In this document: positions 26,471 through 41,054 of the stretch, piece after piece | How positions within the stretch are numbered: position 1 is the first letter of the stretch | How the letters are laid out: every line of letters starts with the position of its first letter | Assembly (NCBI GenBank): GCA_964016885.1 | Contig: OZ024746.1 | Coordinates: forward strand, 101,432,001 to 101,496,000 | From: Eledone cirrhosa | Lineage: Eukaryota | Direction of reading: 5' to 3' | DNA: 64,000 bases | Notes under the pieces: generated by a model | The model's database searches: none | What the model was told of the DNA's origin: nothing | The model's input: the letters and a program-made list of their open reading frames with translations, nothing else | Translations under genes and position numbers: made by a program

Positions 26471-26778
26471 GAAGAATATGCCCCTACAAGCTATAGAAAC
26501 AGCTTGTTTTTCAATTATATTAATGGTTTCCATTATAATCATTTAACATAAGAGAATAAAAATCTTTCATTGGTGATATAAAGAATAACCACGAAAGAAG
26601 ACATTTCCTAATACTATAAGGTGTAGGGGAGAGGGTACATGCAAATATGTATTCATCGTCGTCACCACCACCACCATGGTGCCCCTCTTCCCTTGGTTCC
26701 CTAAACATGTATACAATGGTGTCCCTTTTCCTTTGGTTCTCTAAACATGTATAAAATAGTGTCTCTCTTCCCTTGGTT

Positions 26779-29700
26779 AGACTTTATTACATCAGTAAAC
26801 TGTTATATATTGGTAGAAACTGTTGTAGGCATTACATCAGTAAACTGTTATATATTGGTAGAACTGAGGTAGGTATAGTGAGACTTTATTACATCAGTAA
26901 ACTGTTATATATTGGTAGAACTGGGGTAGGTATTACATCAGTAAACTGTTATATATTGGTAGAAACTGTTGTAGGTATTACATCAGTAAACTGTTATATA
27001 TTGGTAGAACTGAGGTAGGTATAGTGAGACTTTATTACATCAGTAAACTGTTATATATTGGTAGAAACTGTTGTAGGTATTACATCAGTAAACTGTTATA
27101 TATTGGTAGAAACTGTTGTAGGTATTACATCAGTAAACTGTTATATATTGGCAGAAACTGTTGTAGGCATTACATCAGTAAACTGTTATATATTGGTAGA
27201 AACTGTTGTAGGTATTACATCAGTAAACTGTTATATATTGGTAGAACTGGGGTAGGTATAGTGAGACTTTATTACATCAGTAAACTGTTATATATTGGTA
27301 GAACTGAGGTAGGTATAGTGAGACTTTATTACATCAGTAAACTGTTATATATTGGTAGAAACTGTTGTAGGTATTACATCAGTAAACTGTTATATATTGG
27401 TAGAAACTGTTGTAGGTATTACATCAGTAAACTGTTATATATTGGTAGAAACTGTTGTAGGCATTACATCAGTAAACTGTTATATATTGGTAGAAACTGT
27501 TGTAGGTATTACATCAGTAAACTGTTATATATTGGTAGAAACTGTTGTAGGTATTACATCAGTAAACTGTTATATATTGGTAGAAACTGTTGTAGGCATT
27601 ACATCAGTAAACTGTTATATATTGGTAGAAACTGTTGTAGGTATTACATCAGTAAACTGTTATATATTGGTAGAACTGAGGTAGGTATAGTGAGACTTTA
27701 TTACATCAGTAAACTGTTATATATTGGTAGAAACTGTTGTAGGTATTACATCAGTAAACTGTTATATATTGGTAGAAACTGTTGTAGGCATTACATCAGT
27801 AAACTGTTATATATTGGTAGAAACTGTTGTAGCCATTACATCAGTAAACTGTTATATATTGGTAGAAACTGTTGTAGGTATTTCATCAGTAAACTGTTAT
27901 ATATTGGTAGAAACTGTTGTAGGCATTACATCAGTAAACTGTTATATATTGGTAGAAACTGTTGTAGGTATTACATCAGTAAACTGTTATATATTGGTAG
28001 AAACTGTTGTAGGTATTACATCAGTAAACTGTTATATATTGGTAAAGACTGTTGTAGGTATTACATCAGTAAACTGTTATATATTGGTAGAACTGAGGTA
28101 GGTATAGTGAGACTTTATTACATCAGTAAGCTGTTATATATTGGTAGAAACTGTTGTAGGTATTACATCAGTAAACTGTTATATATTGGTAGAACTGAGG
28201 TAGGTATAGTGAGACTTTATTACATCAGTAAACTGTTATATATTGGTAGAACTGGGGTAGGTATTACATCAGTAAACTGTTATATATTGGTAGAAACTGT
28301 TTAAACTGTTATATGTTGGTAGAACTGAGGTAGGTATAGTGAGACTTTATTACATCAGTAAACTGTTATATATTGGTAGAAACTGTTGTAGGCATTACAT
28401 CAGTAAACTGTTATATATTGGTAGAACTGAGGTAGGTATAGTGAGACTTTATTACATCAGTAAACTGTTATATATTGGTAGAAACTGTTGTAGGTATTAC
28501 ATCAGTAAACTGTTATATATTGGTAGAACTGAGGTAGGTATAGTGAGACTTTATTACATCAGTAAACTGTTATATATTGGTAGGACTGGGGTAGGTATTA
28601 CATCAGTAAACTATTATATATTGGTAGAAACTGTTGTAGGTATTACATCAGTAAACTGTTATATATTGGTAGAACTGAGGTAGGTATAGTGAGACTTTAT
28701 TACATCAGTAAACTGTTATATATTGGTAGAAACTGTTGTAGGTATTACATCAGTAAACTGTTATATATTGGTAGAACTGAGGTAGGTATAGTGAGACTTT
28801 ATTACATCAGTAAACTGTTATATATTGGTAGAACTGGGGTAGGTATAGTGAGACTTTATTACATCAGTAAACTGTTATATATTGGTAGAAACTGTTGTAG
28901 GTATTACATCAGTAAACTGTTATATATTGGTAGAACTGAGGTAGGTATAGTGAGACTTTATTACATCAGTAAACTGTTATATATTGGTAGAACTGGGGTA
29001 GGTATAGTGAGACTTTATTACATCATTAAACTGTTATATATTGGTAGAACTGGGGTAGGTATAGTGAGACTTTATTACATCAGTAAACTGTTATATATTG
29101 GTAGAAACTGTTGTAGGTATTACATCAGTAAACTGTTATATATTGGTAGAACTGAGGTAGGTATAGTGAGACTTTATTACATCAGTAAGCTGTTATATAT
29201 TGGTAGAAACTGTTTAAACTGTTATATATTGGTAGAACTGGGGTAGGTATAGTGAGTTTTTATTACATCAGTAAACTGTTATATATTGGTAGAACTGAGG
29301 TAGGTATAGTGAGACTTTATTACATCAGTAAACTGTTATATATTGGTAGAACTGGGGTAGGTATTACATCAGTAAACTGTTATATATTGGTAGAAACTGT
29401 TTAAACTGTTATATGTTGGTAGAACTGAGGTAGGTATAGTGAGACTTTATTACATCAGTAAACTGTTATATATTGGTAGAAACTGTTGTAGGCATTACAT
29501 CAGTAAACTGTTATATATTGGTAGAACTGAGGTAGGTATAGTGAGACTTTATTACATCAGTAAACTGTTATATATTGGTAGAAACTGTTGTAGGTATTAC
29601 ATCAGTAAACTGTTATATATTGGTAGAACTGAGGTAGGTATAGTGAGACTTTATTACATCAGTAAACTGTTATATATTGGTAGAACTGGGGTAGGTATTA

Positions 29701-32700
29701 CATCAGTAAACTGTTATATATTGGTAGAAACTGTTGTAGGTATTACATCAGTAAACTGTTATATATTGGTAGAACTGAGGTAGGTATAGTGAGACTTTAT
29801 TACATCAGTAAACTGTTATATATTGGTAGAAACTGTTGTAGGTATTACATCAGTAAACTGTTATATATTGGTAGAACTGAGGTAGGTATAGTGAGACTTT
29901 ATTACATCAGTAAACTGTTATATATTGGTAGAACTGGGGTAGGTATAGTGAGACTTTATTACATCAGTAAACTGTTATATATTGGTAGAAACTGTTGTAG
30001 GCATTACATCAGTAAACTGTTATATATTGGTAGAAACTGTTGTAGGTATTACATCAGTAAACTGTTATATATTGGTAGAAACTGTTGTAGGCATTACATC
30101 AGTAAACTGTTATATATTGGTAGAAACTGTTGTAGGTATTACATCAGTAAACTGTTATATATTGGTAGAAACTGTTGTAGGTATTACATCAGTAAACTGT
30201 TATATATTGGTAGAAACTGTTGTAGGTATTACATCAGTAAACTGTTATATATTGGTAGAACTGAGGTAGGTATAGTGAGACTTTATTACATCAGTAAGCT
30301 GTTATATATTGGTAGAAACTGTTGTAGGTATTACATCAGTAAACTGTTATATATTGGTAGAACTGAGGTAGGTATAGTGAGACTTTATTACATCAGTAAA
30401 CTGTTATATATTGGTAGAACTGGGGTAGGTATTACATCAGTAAACTGTTATATATTGGTAGAAACTGTTTAAACTGTTATATGTTGGTAGAACTGAGGTA
30501 GGTATAGTGAGACTTTATTACATCAGTAAACTGTTATATATTGGTAGAAACTGTTGTAGGCATTACATCAGTAAACTGTTATATATTGGTAGAACTGAGG
30601 TAGGTATAGTGAGACTTTATTACATCAGTAAACTGTTATATATTGGTAGAAACTGTTGTAGGTATTACATCAGTAAACTGTTATATATTGGTAGAACTGA
30701 GGTAGGTATAGTGAGACTTTATTACATCAGTAAACTGTTATATATTGGTAGAACTGGGGTAGGTATTACATCAGTAAACTGTTATATATTGGTAGAAACT
30801 GTTGTAGGTATTACATCAGTAAACTGTTATATATTGGTAGAACTGAGGTAGGTATAGTGAGACTTTATTACATCAGTAAACTGTTATATATTGGTAGAAA
30901 CTGTTGTAGGTATTACATCAGTAAACTGTTATATATTGGTAGAACTGAGGTAGGTATAGTGAGACTTTATTACATCAGTAAACTGTTATATATTGGTAGA
31001 ACTGGGGTAGGTATAGTGAGACTTTATTACATCAGTAAACTGTTATATATTGGTAGAAACTGTTGTAGGTATTACATCAGTAAACTGTTATATATTGGTA
31101 GAACTGAGGTAGGTATAGTGAGACTTTATTACATCAGTAAACTGTTATATATTGGTAGAACTGGGGTAGGTATAGTGAGACTTTATTACATCATTAAACT
31201 GTTATATATTGGTAGAACTGGGGTAGGTATAGTGAGACTTTATTACATCAGTAAACTGTTATATATTGGTAGAAACTGTTGTAGGTATTACATCAGTAAA
31301 CTGTTATATATTGGTAGAACTGAGGTAGGTATAGTGAGACTTTATTACATCAGTAAGCTGTTATATATTGGTAGAAACTGTTTAAACTGTTATATATTGG
31401 TAGAACTGGGGTAGGTATAGTGAGTTTTTATTACATCAGTAAACTGTTATATATTGGTAGAACTGAGGTAGGTATAGTGAGACTTTATTACATCAGTAAA
31501 CTGTTATATATTGGTAGAACTGGGGTAGGTATTACATCAGTAAACTGTTATATATTGGTAGAAACTGTTTAAACTGTTATATGTTGGTAGAACTGAGGTA
31601 GGTATAGTGAGACTTTATTACATCAGTAAACTGTTATATATTGGTAGAAACTGTTGTAGGCATTACATCAGTAAACTGTTATATATTGGTAGAACTGAGG
31701 TAGGTATAGTGAGACTTTATTACATCAGTAAACTGTTATATATTGGTAGAAACTGTTGTAGGTATTACATCAGTAAACTGTTATATATTGGTAGAACTGA
31801 GGTAGGTATAGTGAGACTTTATTACATCAGTAAACTGTTATATATTGGTAGAACTGGGGTAGGTATTACATCAGTAAACTGTTATATATTGGTAGAAACT
31901 GTTGTAGGTATTACATCAGTAAACTGTTATATATTGGTAGAACTGAGGTAGGTATAGTGAGACTTTATTACATCAGTAAACTGTTATATATTGGTAGAAC
32001 TGGGGTAGGTATTACATCAGTAAACTGTTATATATTGGTAGAAACTGTTTAAACTGTTATATGTTGGTAGAACTGAGGTAGGTATAGTGAGACTTTATTA
32101 CATCAGTAAACTGTTATATATTGGTAGAAACTGTTGTAGGCATTACATCAGTAAACTGTTATATATTGGTAGAACTGAGGTAGGTATAGTGAGACTTTAT
32201 TACATCAGTAAACTGTTATATATTGGTAGAAACTGTTGTAGGTATTACATCAGTAAACTGTTATATATTGGTAGAACTGAGGTAGGTATAGTGAGACTTT
32301 ATTACATCAGTAAACTGTTATATATTGGTAGAACTGGAGTAGGTATTACATCAGTAAACTGTTATATATTGGTAGAAACTGTTGTAGGTATTACATCAGT
32401 AAACTGTTATATATTGGTAGAACTGAGGTAGGTATAGTGAGACTTTATTACATCAGTAAACTGTTATATATTGGTAGAAACTGTTGTAGGTATTACATCA
32501 GTAAACTGTTATATATTGGTAGAACTGAGGTAGGTATAGTGAGACTTTATTACATCAGTAAACTGTTATATATTGGTAGAACTGGGGTAGGTATAGTGAG
32601 ACTTTATTACATCAGTAAACTGTTATATATTGGTAGAACTGGGGTAGGTATAGTGAGACTTTATTACATCAGTAAACTGTTATATATTGGTAGAAACTGT

Positions 32701-34674
32701 TGTAGGTATTACATCAGTAAACTGTTATATATTGGTAGAACTGAGGTAGGTATAGTGAGACTTTATTACATCAGTAAGCTGTTATATATTGGTAGAAACT
32801 GTTTAAACTGTTATATATTGGTAGAACTGGGGTAGGTATAGTGAGTTTTTATTACATCAGTAAACTGTTATATATTGGTAGAACTGAGGTAGGTATAGTG
32901 AGACTTTATTACATCAGTAAACTGTTATATATTGGTAGAACTGGGGTAGGTATTACATCAGTAAACTGTTATATATTGGTAGAAACTGTTTAAACTGTTA
33001 TATGTTGGTAGAACTGAGGTAGGTATAGTGAGACTTTATTACATCAGTAAACTGTTATATATTGGTAGAAACTGTTGTAGGCATTACATCAGTAAACTGT
33101 TATATATTGGTAGAACTGAGGTAGGTATAGTGAGACTTTATTACATCAGTAAACTGTTATATATTGGTAGAAACTGTTGTAGGTATTACATCAGTAAACT
33201 GTTATATATTGGTAGAACTGAGGTAGGTATAGTGAGACTTTATTACATCAGTAAACTGTTATATATTGGTAGAACTGGGGTAGGTATTACATCAGTAAAC
33301 TGTTATATATTGGTAGAAACTGTTGTAGGTATTACATCAGTAAACTGTTATATATTGGTAGAACTGAGGTAGGTATAGTGAGACTTTATTACATCAGTAA
33401 ACTGTTATATATTGGTAGAAACTGTTGTAGGTATTACATCAGTAAACTGTTATATATTGGTAGAACTGAGGTAGGTATAGTGAGACTTTATTACATCAGT
33501 AAACTGTTATATATTGGTAGAACTGGGGTAGGTATAGTGAGACTTTATTACATCAGTAAACTGTTATATATTGGTAGAAACTGTTGTAGGTATTACATCA
33601 GTAAACTGTTATATATTGGTAGAACTGAGGTAGGTATAGTGAGACTTTATTACATCAGTAAACTGTTATATATTGGTAGAACTGGGGTAGGTATAGTGAG
33701 ACTTTATTACATCAGTAAACTGTTATATATTGGTAGAACTGGGGTAGGTATAGTGAGACTTTATTACATCAGTAAACTGTTATATATTGGTAGAAACTGT
33801 TGTAGGTATTACATCAGTAAACTGTTATATATTGGTAGAACTGAGGTAGGTATAGTGAGACTTTATTACATCAGGAAACTGTTATATATTGGTAGAACTG
33901 GGGTAGGTATAGTGAGACTTTATTACATCAGTAAACTGTTATATATTGGTAGAACTGGGGTAGGTATAGTGAGACTTTATTACATCAGTAAACTGTTATA
34001 TATTGGTAGAAACTGTTGTAGGTATTACATCAGTAAACTGTTATATATTGGTAGAACTGAGGTAGGTATAGTGAGACTTTATTACATCAGTAAACTGTTA
34101 TATATTGGTAGAACTGGGGTAGGTATAGTGAGACTTTATTACATCAGTAAACTGTTATATATTGGTAGAAACTGTTGTAGGTATTACATCAGTAAACTGT
34201 TATATATTGGTAGAACTGAGGTAGGTATAGTGAGATTTTATTACATCAGTAAACTGTTATATGTTGGTAGAAACTGTTGTAGGTATTACATCAGTAAACT
34301 GTTATATATTGGTAGAACTGAGGTAGGTATTACATCCGTAAACTGTTATATATTGGTAGAACTGAGGTAGGTATAGTGAGACTTTATTACATCAGTAAAC
34401 TGTTATATATTGGTAGAAACTGTTGTAGGTATTACATCAGTAAACTGTTATATATTGGTAGAACTGAGGTAGGTATAGTGAGACTTTATTACATCAGTAA
34501 ACTGTTATATATTGGTAGAAACTGTTGTAGGTATTACATCAGTAAACTGTTATATATTGGTAGAAACTGTTGTAGGTATTACATCAGTAAACTGTTATAT
34601 ATTTGTAGAACTGGGGTAGGTATAGTGAGTTTTTATTACATCAGTAAACTGTTATATATTGGTAGAAACTGTTG
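26779..34674. repeat. Compound minisatellite array: shared ~34-bp core with 42, 54 and 41 bp unit types
   Basis: Core tattacatcagtaaactgttatatattggtagaa plus actgttgtagg, ctgaggtaggtatagtgagactt or ctggggtagg; source of all the YYISKLLYIGR ORFs. Confidence 0.98.
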
Positions 34675-35064
34675 CCAATTCAACTGCTTATTCTACTTTT
34701 CATCCACTGCTTAATTTTATTCTAAATATTTAGTGTAAATATTTTGTTAATTCAATATAAATCAATAAAATATTGGCGTAATCAACAAAAGCCCTTGAAT
34801 GCAGTTCCCTTGCATAACTGCAGTCAAATGACTGGAATGAATAAATGGGTAAAAAATAAAAATTTCCTATAGAAACTACATTTATATGGTCATTGGGTCT
34901 GCTGAAAATAATAGCCAAATCTTTGACAAATCCCAACCAACTGGACACAGTAGACAATGGGGTACCTTCTTCTTGAAAAATAGATGGGGTGGTCATGGCT
35001 TGAATGCCTTTCATCAAAGTAAAGCAAGAAGAAGCAAAGGTAAAAATAAAATGATTATACTTAC

Positions 35065-35164
35065 ATAAAAGAGATGTAAAGCCTCCAATATTGTATTTAC
35101 TGTGGAACTGGTGGAGCCCCGAATATCAGCAACTAGTGAAAGGCCAACACATTTCTTTCTTTTT
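35065..35164 (-). CDS. Next exon of the same Sec14/CRAL-TRIO-domain gene
   Basis: Acceptor tttcttctttcccctAG and donor GTaagt; 100 nt, phase 2 to phase 0. AG|A completes Arg with the previous exon. Encodes KRKKCVGLSLVADIRGSTSSTVNTILEALHLFY, matching the GxxxxxDxRG CRAL-TRIO motif of Trio/SESTD1/PLEKHG4-type proteins. Confidence 0.8.
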
Positions 35165-35309
35165 CTAGGGGAAAGAAGAAACGGTTGATTAATGTTCCAT
35201 GGTAAACAGCTTCAGTTTGGAATTCATTGAAGTGGGTTAGAGGGCAGAGAATTGTCAAAATATTTATAGATATGTTATAGTTGTTAAATGTAAGGAGTGG
35301 GGGTGAGAG

Positions 35310-35802
35310 AGGGGAGAAGATAGGTGAGAGAGGGGAGGATGTTTGGGTAAAAGATAGGTGGCAGAGGGGAGGATGCTTGGGTAGAAGATAGGTGGCAGAG
35401 GGGAGGATGTTTGGGTAGAAGATAGGTGGCAGAGGGGAGGATGTTTGGGTAGAATATAGGTGAGAGAGGGGAGGATGTTTGGGTAGAAGATAGGTGAGAG
35501 AGGGGAGGATGTTTGGGTAGAAGATAGGTGGCAGAGGGGAGGATGATTGGGTAGAATATAGGTGAGAGAGGGGAGGATGCTTGGGTAGAAGATAGGTGAG
35601 AGAGGAGAGGATGTTGGGTAGAAGATAGGTGAGAGAGGGGAGGATGTTTGGGTAGAAGATAGGTGGCAGAGGGGAGGATGTTTGGGTAGAAGATAGGTGA
35701 GAGAAGGGGGAGAGAAGAGGATGAAAGGGAAAGATGTGAGGTGGGATGGAAATAGGTGAAAGTTGTGTACAACAGGAAGTAAATGAAAGGAAAGGGTTGA
35801 AA

Positions 35803-35877
<75 letters not shown>
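35310..35877. repeat. 36-bp purine-rich minisatellite followed by (GA)n
   Basis: gataggtggcagaggggaggatgtttgggtagaa variants, then (GA)n at ~35808-35876. Confidence 0.9.
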
Positions 35878-37409
35878 GAAGAGAAAGAGGGAGAGTATGA
35901 TAGCAAGAGCAAAAGAGAAAGCAATAATGAAAATGAAATCTAATTAGATTAACTTGATCAATATTAGATATAAAAGTACAATTAAATAATATTAATATAA
36001 TAAAGTGGAAACAGCCAAAATAATAGAGGGATTTAGTTTTGAGTTCTGATAGCAGTCACCGACTCTAGCAAAACTGAGCATCTGGGACCACTAGAAATAT
36101 CCAGAGCTACAGATATTCTTTATTGTAAATAGAAAACAATGATCTTTATTTTGAGTTAAAGACAGAAGTGGAAATTATAAGTTCAGAGTCTCCACCAAAA
36201 CACACAATATAAATACTATAATTCCTATCTTGAGACTGAAATGGTTAGTATTATGGAGAATGAAAGAGAGCAGTAAAAAGTGGAAGCAATAGATGCATCA
36301 ACAATCCATATTCAAATATAGCAGTTCTTAAAACCAAACAAATATCTTAAAACTAGACAACTATCTTAAAACTAGATAAATATCTTAAAACCAGACAAAT
36401 ATCTTAAAACTAGCAGGAAATATAAAGTGTATTTTTTAAAAATGGATATATGTAATTGTGTGTATGTGGGTGCAAGTGTAGGAATGTATCTTTTTGTGTA
36501 AGATTTTATTAGTGAACGCCTGTGTGTTTGGGGTCAATAAATGAAATTGAAATTCAGCAAGCTTAGATTATAATACTTTATGTCCCATTTCCAAACATCA
36601 ATATATTGAAACTACATTTGTTTTCTGGTTCAATGCTTAAAAACAGACTCCCTCTTCACCCAAATGTTCAGTTATAATTACAAGGTTTTAAGTTTGATAC
36701 CCTTAGCCTACTGCTTATAAGTGATAAGAGCTGAGACATTTGTGAAACTGGACACCAAAATCATATTAGTAAATAATCTCAGTGGGGTTTCTCCTGATAT
36801 TCTAGAAAAAATTGCAGAGCTAGCTAATAACTTTTAGTAACCCTATTCCATTGTGATTATATTTTTAGCAATACTGTCATTATACATTCCAAAGGATGAG
36901 GAAAATGGAAAGAGGTTTTTCCCTTACCACATTCCATATTTGCAGGAATTTTACCAAATTTACCTTTCTAGTGTGTGCCTATGATGAGCTCTTGTCTTTT
37001 ATCTCAAAAGTTTATACATTCCAATATCAACAACTATATTTGCCGCCACCATCTTACAGTTCTACACTTTTCTCCTTGTGTCAACTTTAGGTGAATATAC
37101 CACTGGGAAGTTGGATTTCATTTGTTTTTCACACTTCCCAGTTATATCTTGTTAGTGTGATGTTAGTATAACTAATGTCTTTCAAGTCTGGTGCTTATTT
37201 CATATCTTGTTGATCTGTTGCTGGACACAGCCCTGACACATATGTAAACATAGACATGCTGGTTGTTATTTCTAGCAGATTAAATCGGTCGTTTTGTGTT
37301 GTCCTATATGAAAGTGTTCATTGTAATGTTTGTGTATGTAATTTGATGGAGTCTGTTATTTCAGTCAGGTCAAATTGGTTGTCGCCTATGTGAAGGTGTT
37401 CATGTGAGC

Positions 37410-37900
37410 GTGGGTGTGTATGGGCATGTGTGTATGTGCATGTGTGTGCAAGCATGTGTGTGTGCAAGCATGTATGTTTGCAAGCATGTGTGTATGCAAG
37501 CATGTGTGTATGCAAGCATGTGTGTATGTAAGCATGTGTGTGTGTGCATGTGTGTATGCAAGCATGTGTGTATGTGCATGTGTGTATGCAAGCATGTGTG
37601 CAAGCATGTGTGTATGTGCATGTGTGTATGTAAGCATGTGTGTATGCAAGCATATGTGTATGTGCATGTGTGTATGAAAGCATGTGTGTGTGTGCAAGCA
37701 TGTGTGTATGTGCATGTGTGTATGCAAGCATGTGTGCAAGCATGTGTGTATGTGCATGTGTGTATGTAAGCATGTGTGTATGCAAGCATATGTGTATGTG
37801 CATGTGTGTATGAAAGCATGTGTGTGTGTGCAAGCATGTGTGTATGCAAACATGTGTGTGCAAGCATGTGTGTGTGTGTATATGTGTATGTGCATGTGTA
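37410..37900. repeat. Degenerate alternating purine-pyrimidine repeat (gcaagcatgtgtgtat)
   Basis: Direct inspection; source of the His/Thr and Cys/Val ORFs. Confidence 0.95.
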
Positions 37901-38164
37901 ATGGCTGTACACAATCCTGACAAAACTTCTAGTGTATAAAATTTAGTGCAAATTAAAAGCACACGAGGAGAATATTTGAAAAATTCTTCCAAGAATGTTT
38001 AAAAGACTATTCTCCACATGGTGGATAACATGTAGTGGAAGGGTAAAACTATTTTCCACATGGTGGATAACATGTAATGGAAGGGTAGATAGAACAGGAC
38101 AGGCATTGAGGAATGCTAGAAAGAGCTCTAGGTAAATCTATTTTAGGTTTAATCAATACATCTA

Positions 38165-38335
38165 TATACTGTAAATGTGGTTGGTGTTAGGAAGGGCATC
38201 CAGCCATAGAAAACCTGCCAGACAGTCCTATATGAGCGAGTCACGGTCACCAGACCAACCTTGCCTCAAGTGGGACCACTCCCGTCTAACCCATGCTAGC
38301 GTGGAAGATAGACGTTAAATGATGATGATGATGAC
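38165..38335 (+). mobile_element. Truncated RTE 3' end (or RTE-tailed SINE)
   Basis: Matches 9200-9360: gtggttggtgttaggaagggcatccagcc...cccatgctagcgtggaa...gacgttaaa(tga)n. Confidence 0.85.
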
Positions 38336-38509
38336 TACTAAAACTCTGTGCTTGCTTGCTTGTCTGTAATGTAATACAGCCAAAAGGGCACATAATGGAT
38401 AAATACTTTGAAAGGAAGTTGACCCTGAAATGGGAATACAAATGGAATAAAACAAGTTTCGCGTAAATTGGAGCATGGGTTCCCGAGATATGGGGTTTTT
38501 CCAGGTATC

Positions 38510-38574
<65 letters not shown>

Positions 38575-38989
38575 TGGTTGTGAGAGAGTAGATTGAAAGA
38601 GATACATAGACAGAGGGAGAATGGAAGAGAGAGAGAGAGCTGGTGGTGGTGTTGTGTGTATATATATATATATATATACATATATATGTGTGTGTCCAGT
38701 GTATAGATCACAGACACCCACATATATACACACACACATGCATACATATATATATATACACACACACATATATATATGGGCCTTCCAGTTTCATTTCACA
38801 TTATATACATGTCTGTGTATATTTTAATTAATGGTTGTCTAGTATATATATATCAATAATGTTTCTCAGTACAAAACTCAATAAACTTCAGTTCAGGGCA
38901 TTTATGATATAAATATAAACCATATATAACAGGATGTATCAATTGAGAAACAAACTAGTATTTTGTACAAACAATATGTAAATCTAAAT

Positions 38990-40135
38990 ACATACTTCTA
39001 GATGCTAAAATAGTCTATATTCTCATAGACAAATCTGTTTCTGGAAAAATAGAATGCAACTCGCACTAAGGGAAATTGCCCAGTAATACTGCAGTGAAAA
39101 ACTGCATGTTTATCAGCAAAAAATCATGCATGGATATGTTGCTAGGAGGCTCAAGATTTATTGTAATATAAATAAACAAAGTAATATCTTGGACCAACAA
39201 CTGCTATATTGGCTCCCACTTTCAAGGATATACTGCTACAATCTAAGAACAGGAAATAAATAGAAAATACCTGATTCACAAAAGAGATAAGGATGTAGGC
39301 AAAACACCTAGATGTGACAACAAATACAGACTCTGCAGACTTAATATCGAAGATGTCACCCATGTCATCAGCAGCTGTCCAAAGATGCCATCGCGGCACT
39401 ATCTACTTATGAGGCATGATGTAGTGGCCAAAACACTGTACAATGCAGTTCGTAAAAAAGATAGCCCCGATAATAAACACATTAAAAGCTACAGCAATGT
39501 GGAAGACATCCATGTACATAATATGAAAAAGTACTGGTGGAATGTTCCAGTCAAAACCCCAATAAAATGCAGGCATAACAGACCAGATATAATGATATGG
39601 GACAGGGAAAAGTAGGCATGCACAGTAGTGGAAATTAGCTGCCCAGCAGATGCCAATATAATATCAAAGATTAGTGAAAAGGAGAATATTTATGCAGAAC
39701 TGATGAGAAATCTGCAGATACTCCACCCTGATTACACCTTCAGATTTATGCCTGTGATTATTGTGGCACTGGGGTATGTTAGTAACTGCCTCAATACAAA
39801 TCTTGAGAAGTTAGGCTTCACAGGAACAGAAAGAACACAACTAGTTAGGAAATTACAAGTACAATCCATTAATGGAACAGTAAACATATGTAAAACATTA
39901 CAAAATTTTGCATCTAATAACTGCATATACACATGTACAGATACTAAGCATATACACATGCACACATACAACTCAAAACATACACATCCACATATACAAT
40001 AACATCCATACATGCACACACATGCAGACATACATATCTACCTAGTTGATGTTGTGTAAATTCCAATGGGAGAGTCTTGTGTCTATGTTAGAAACTGACT
40101 CTCTCTCTATTGGGAAAAATTTATAAAATTATAAA
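38990..40135 (+). mobile_element. 3' portion of an R4/Dong-like retrotransposon with restriction-like endonuclease
   Basis: RLC...EDVTHVISSCP (CCHC), RHDVVAK, HNRPDIMIWD, VVEISCP, EKENIY and PVII.ALG form the PD-(D/E)xK RLE; internal stops. The 3' boundary is approximate. Confidence 0.85.
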
Positions 40136-40237
40136 ACCAGAAAAGCATGCATGTATGCTTGTACATACATACACACACACTCTCCCTCTCTCACACATAC
40201 ATACACATACACACACTCTCTCTCTCTGTCACACACA

Positions 40238-40281
<44 letters not shown>

Positions 40282-40699
40282 AATATACATACATAGAAGT
40301 AACTGTTTGACAGTCTAAGATTTCTCAAGTTTGAAATTTCATATTGATGAGACTTGAGAATATGTTAAATTGTCGACAGAAAACAACTGAGTGAAATTTT
40401 CAATGGAAATCCATGTCACACAGTTTTAATTACATGGTTGTCGAATCAATATATTAGTGTATTATCTCAAACTCATTAAATATCCTTTCACCTTTTTCCT
40501 CTCCTTTAATGGTCCAGAAGTCATTCTAAGCTTTAATAGACCGGTCTCAACAGGAATTGTTTCTGAAATGTCTCATTGATATATTTACTGATTTGACCCA
40601 ATTTGTATATATAAATACATATATTCAAGTTAAGGGAACTTATATTCAAGTTAACAAGGGAACATCAAATTGATAGATCCCTCCAAACTTTTGGTCTTC

Positions 40700-40990
40700 T
40701 TCACCCCCTTATTCCTCAGAGAGTTATGGGGGCAGAGTCCTCAAACACTCCCTCCAGTGGGTCCTGTCAGAAGCAACCGTCTCCAACTGATCTGGCTGAA
40801 TCCCCAAGCATGACTAGTGAAGCTCATGGATGTTATCCAACCATCTTGAATGGGGTCTAACCCTGGTTTACGTACCTGTTGGTTTTGCCTGTAAAATCTG
40901 TCCAGCGATTCTTTCCTGAGACATTCTAGCTACATGCCCATAGTATTGGAGCTGTGATCGCTCAATTAGGAAAAGTAACAGCTCTACATG
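40700..40990 (-). mobile_element. RTE/Expander-like LINE 3' fragment
   Basis: Homologous to 5295-5540; ERSQLQYYGHVARMSQE...RVRPHSRWLDNI. Confidence 0.8.
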
Positions 40991-41054
40991 GAGTAACTCT
41001 GGTTATTTCCAAAATTATTTTTTATAAGAACTATGGCAATGATGAGGTTAAATA

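Noticed and set aside
18148-34674. CRISPR-like appearance of constant repeats with variable linkers
   Set aside because: The linkers are a few recurring variants rather than unique spacers, there are no cas genes, and the context is a eukaryotic intron.
27024-34714. Long ORFs (YYISKLLYIGRNCCR)n as protein genes
   Set aside because: They are read-throughs of tandem units, repeatedly broken by 41-bp and truncated units, with no unique coding sequence.
34730-35017. 95-aa minus-strand ORF or acceptor near 34834 as the next host exon
   Set aside because: It runs to a stop without a donor and has no family motif.
37318-37992. His/Thr-rich and Cys/Val-rich ORFs (also 43581-44293, 62806-63195, 10769-11179, 35133-35924)
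   Set aside because: These are translations of microsatellite or low-complexity DNA.
40493-40563. Minus-strand AG...GT segment (TIPVETGLLKLRMTSGPLKERKK)
   Set aside because: It lies between two exons that already join in frame, and in the required phase it contains a stop.
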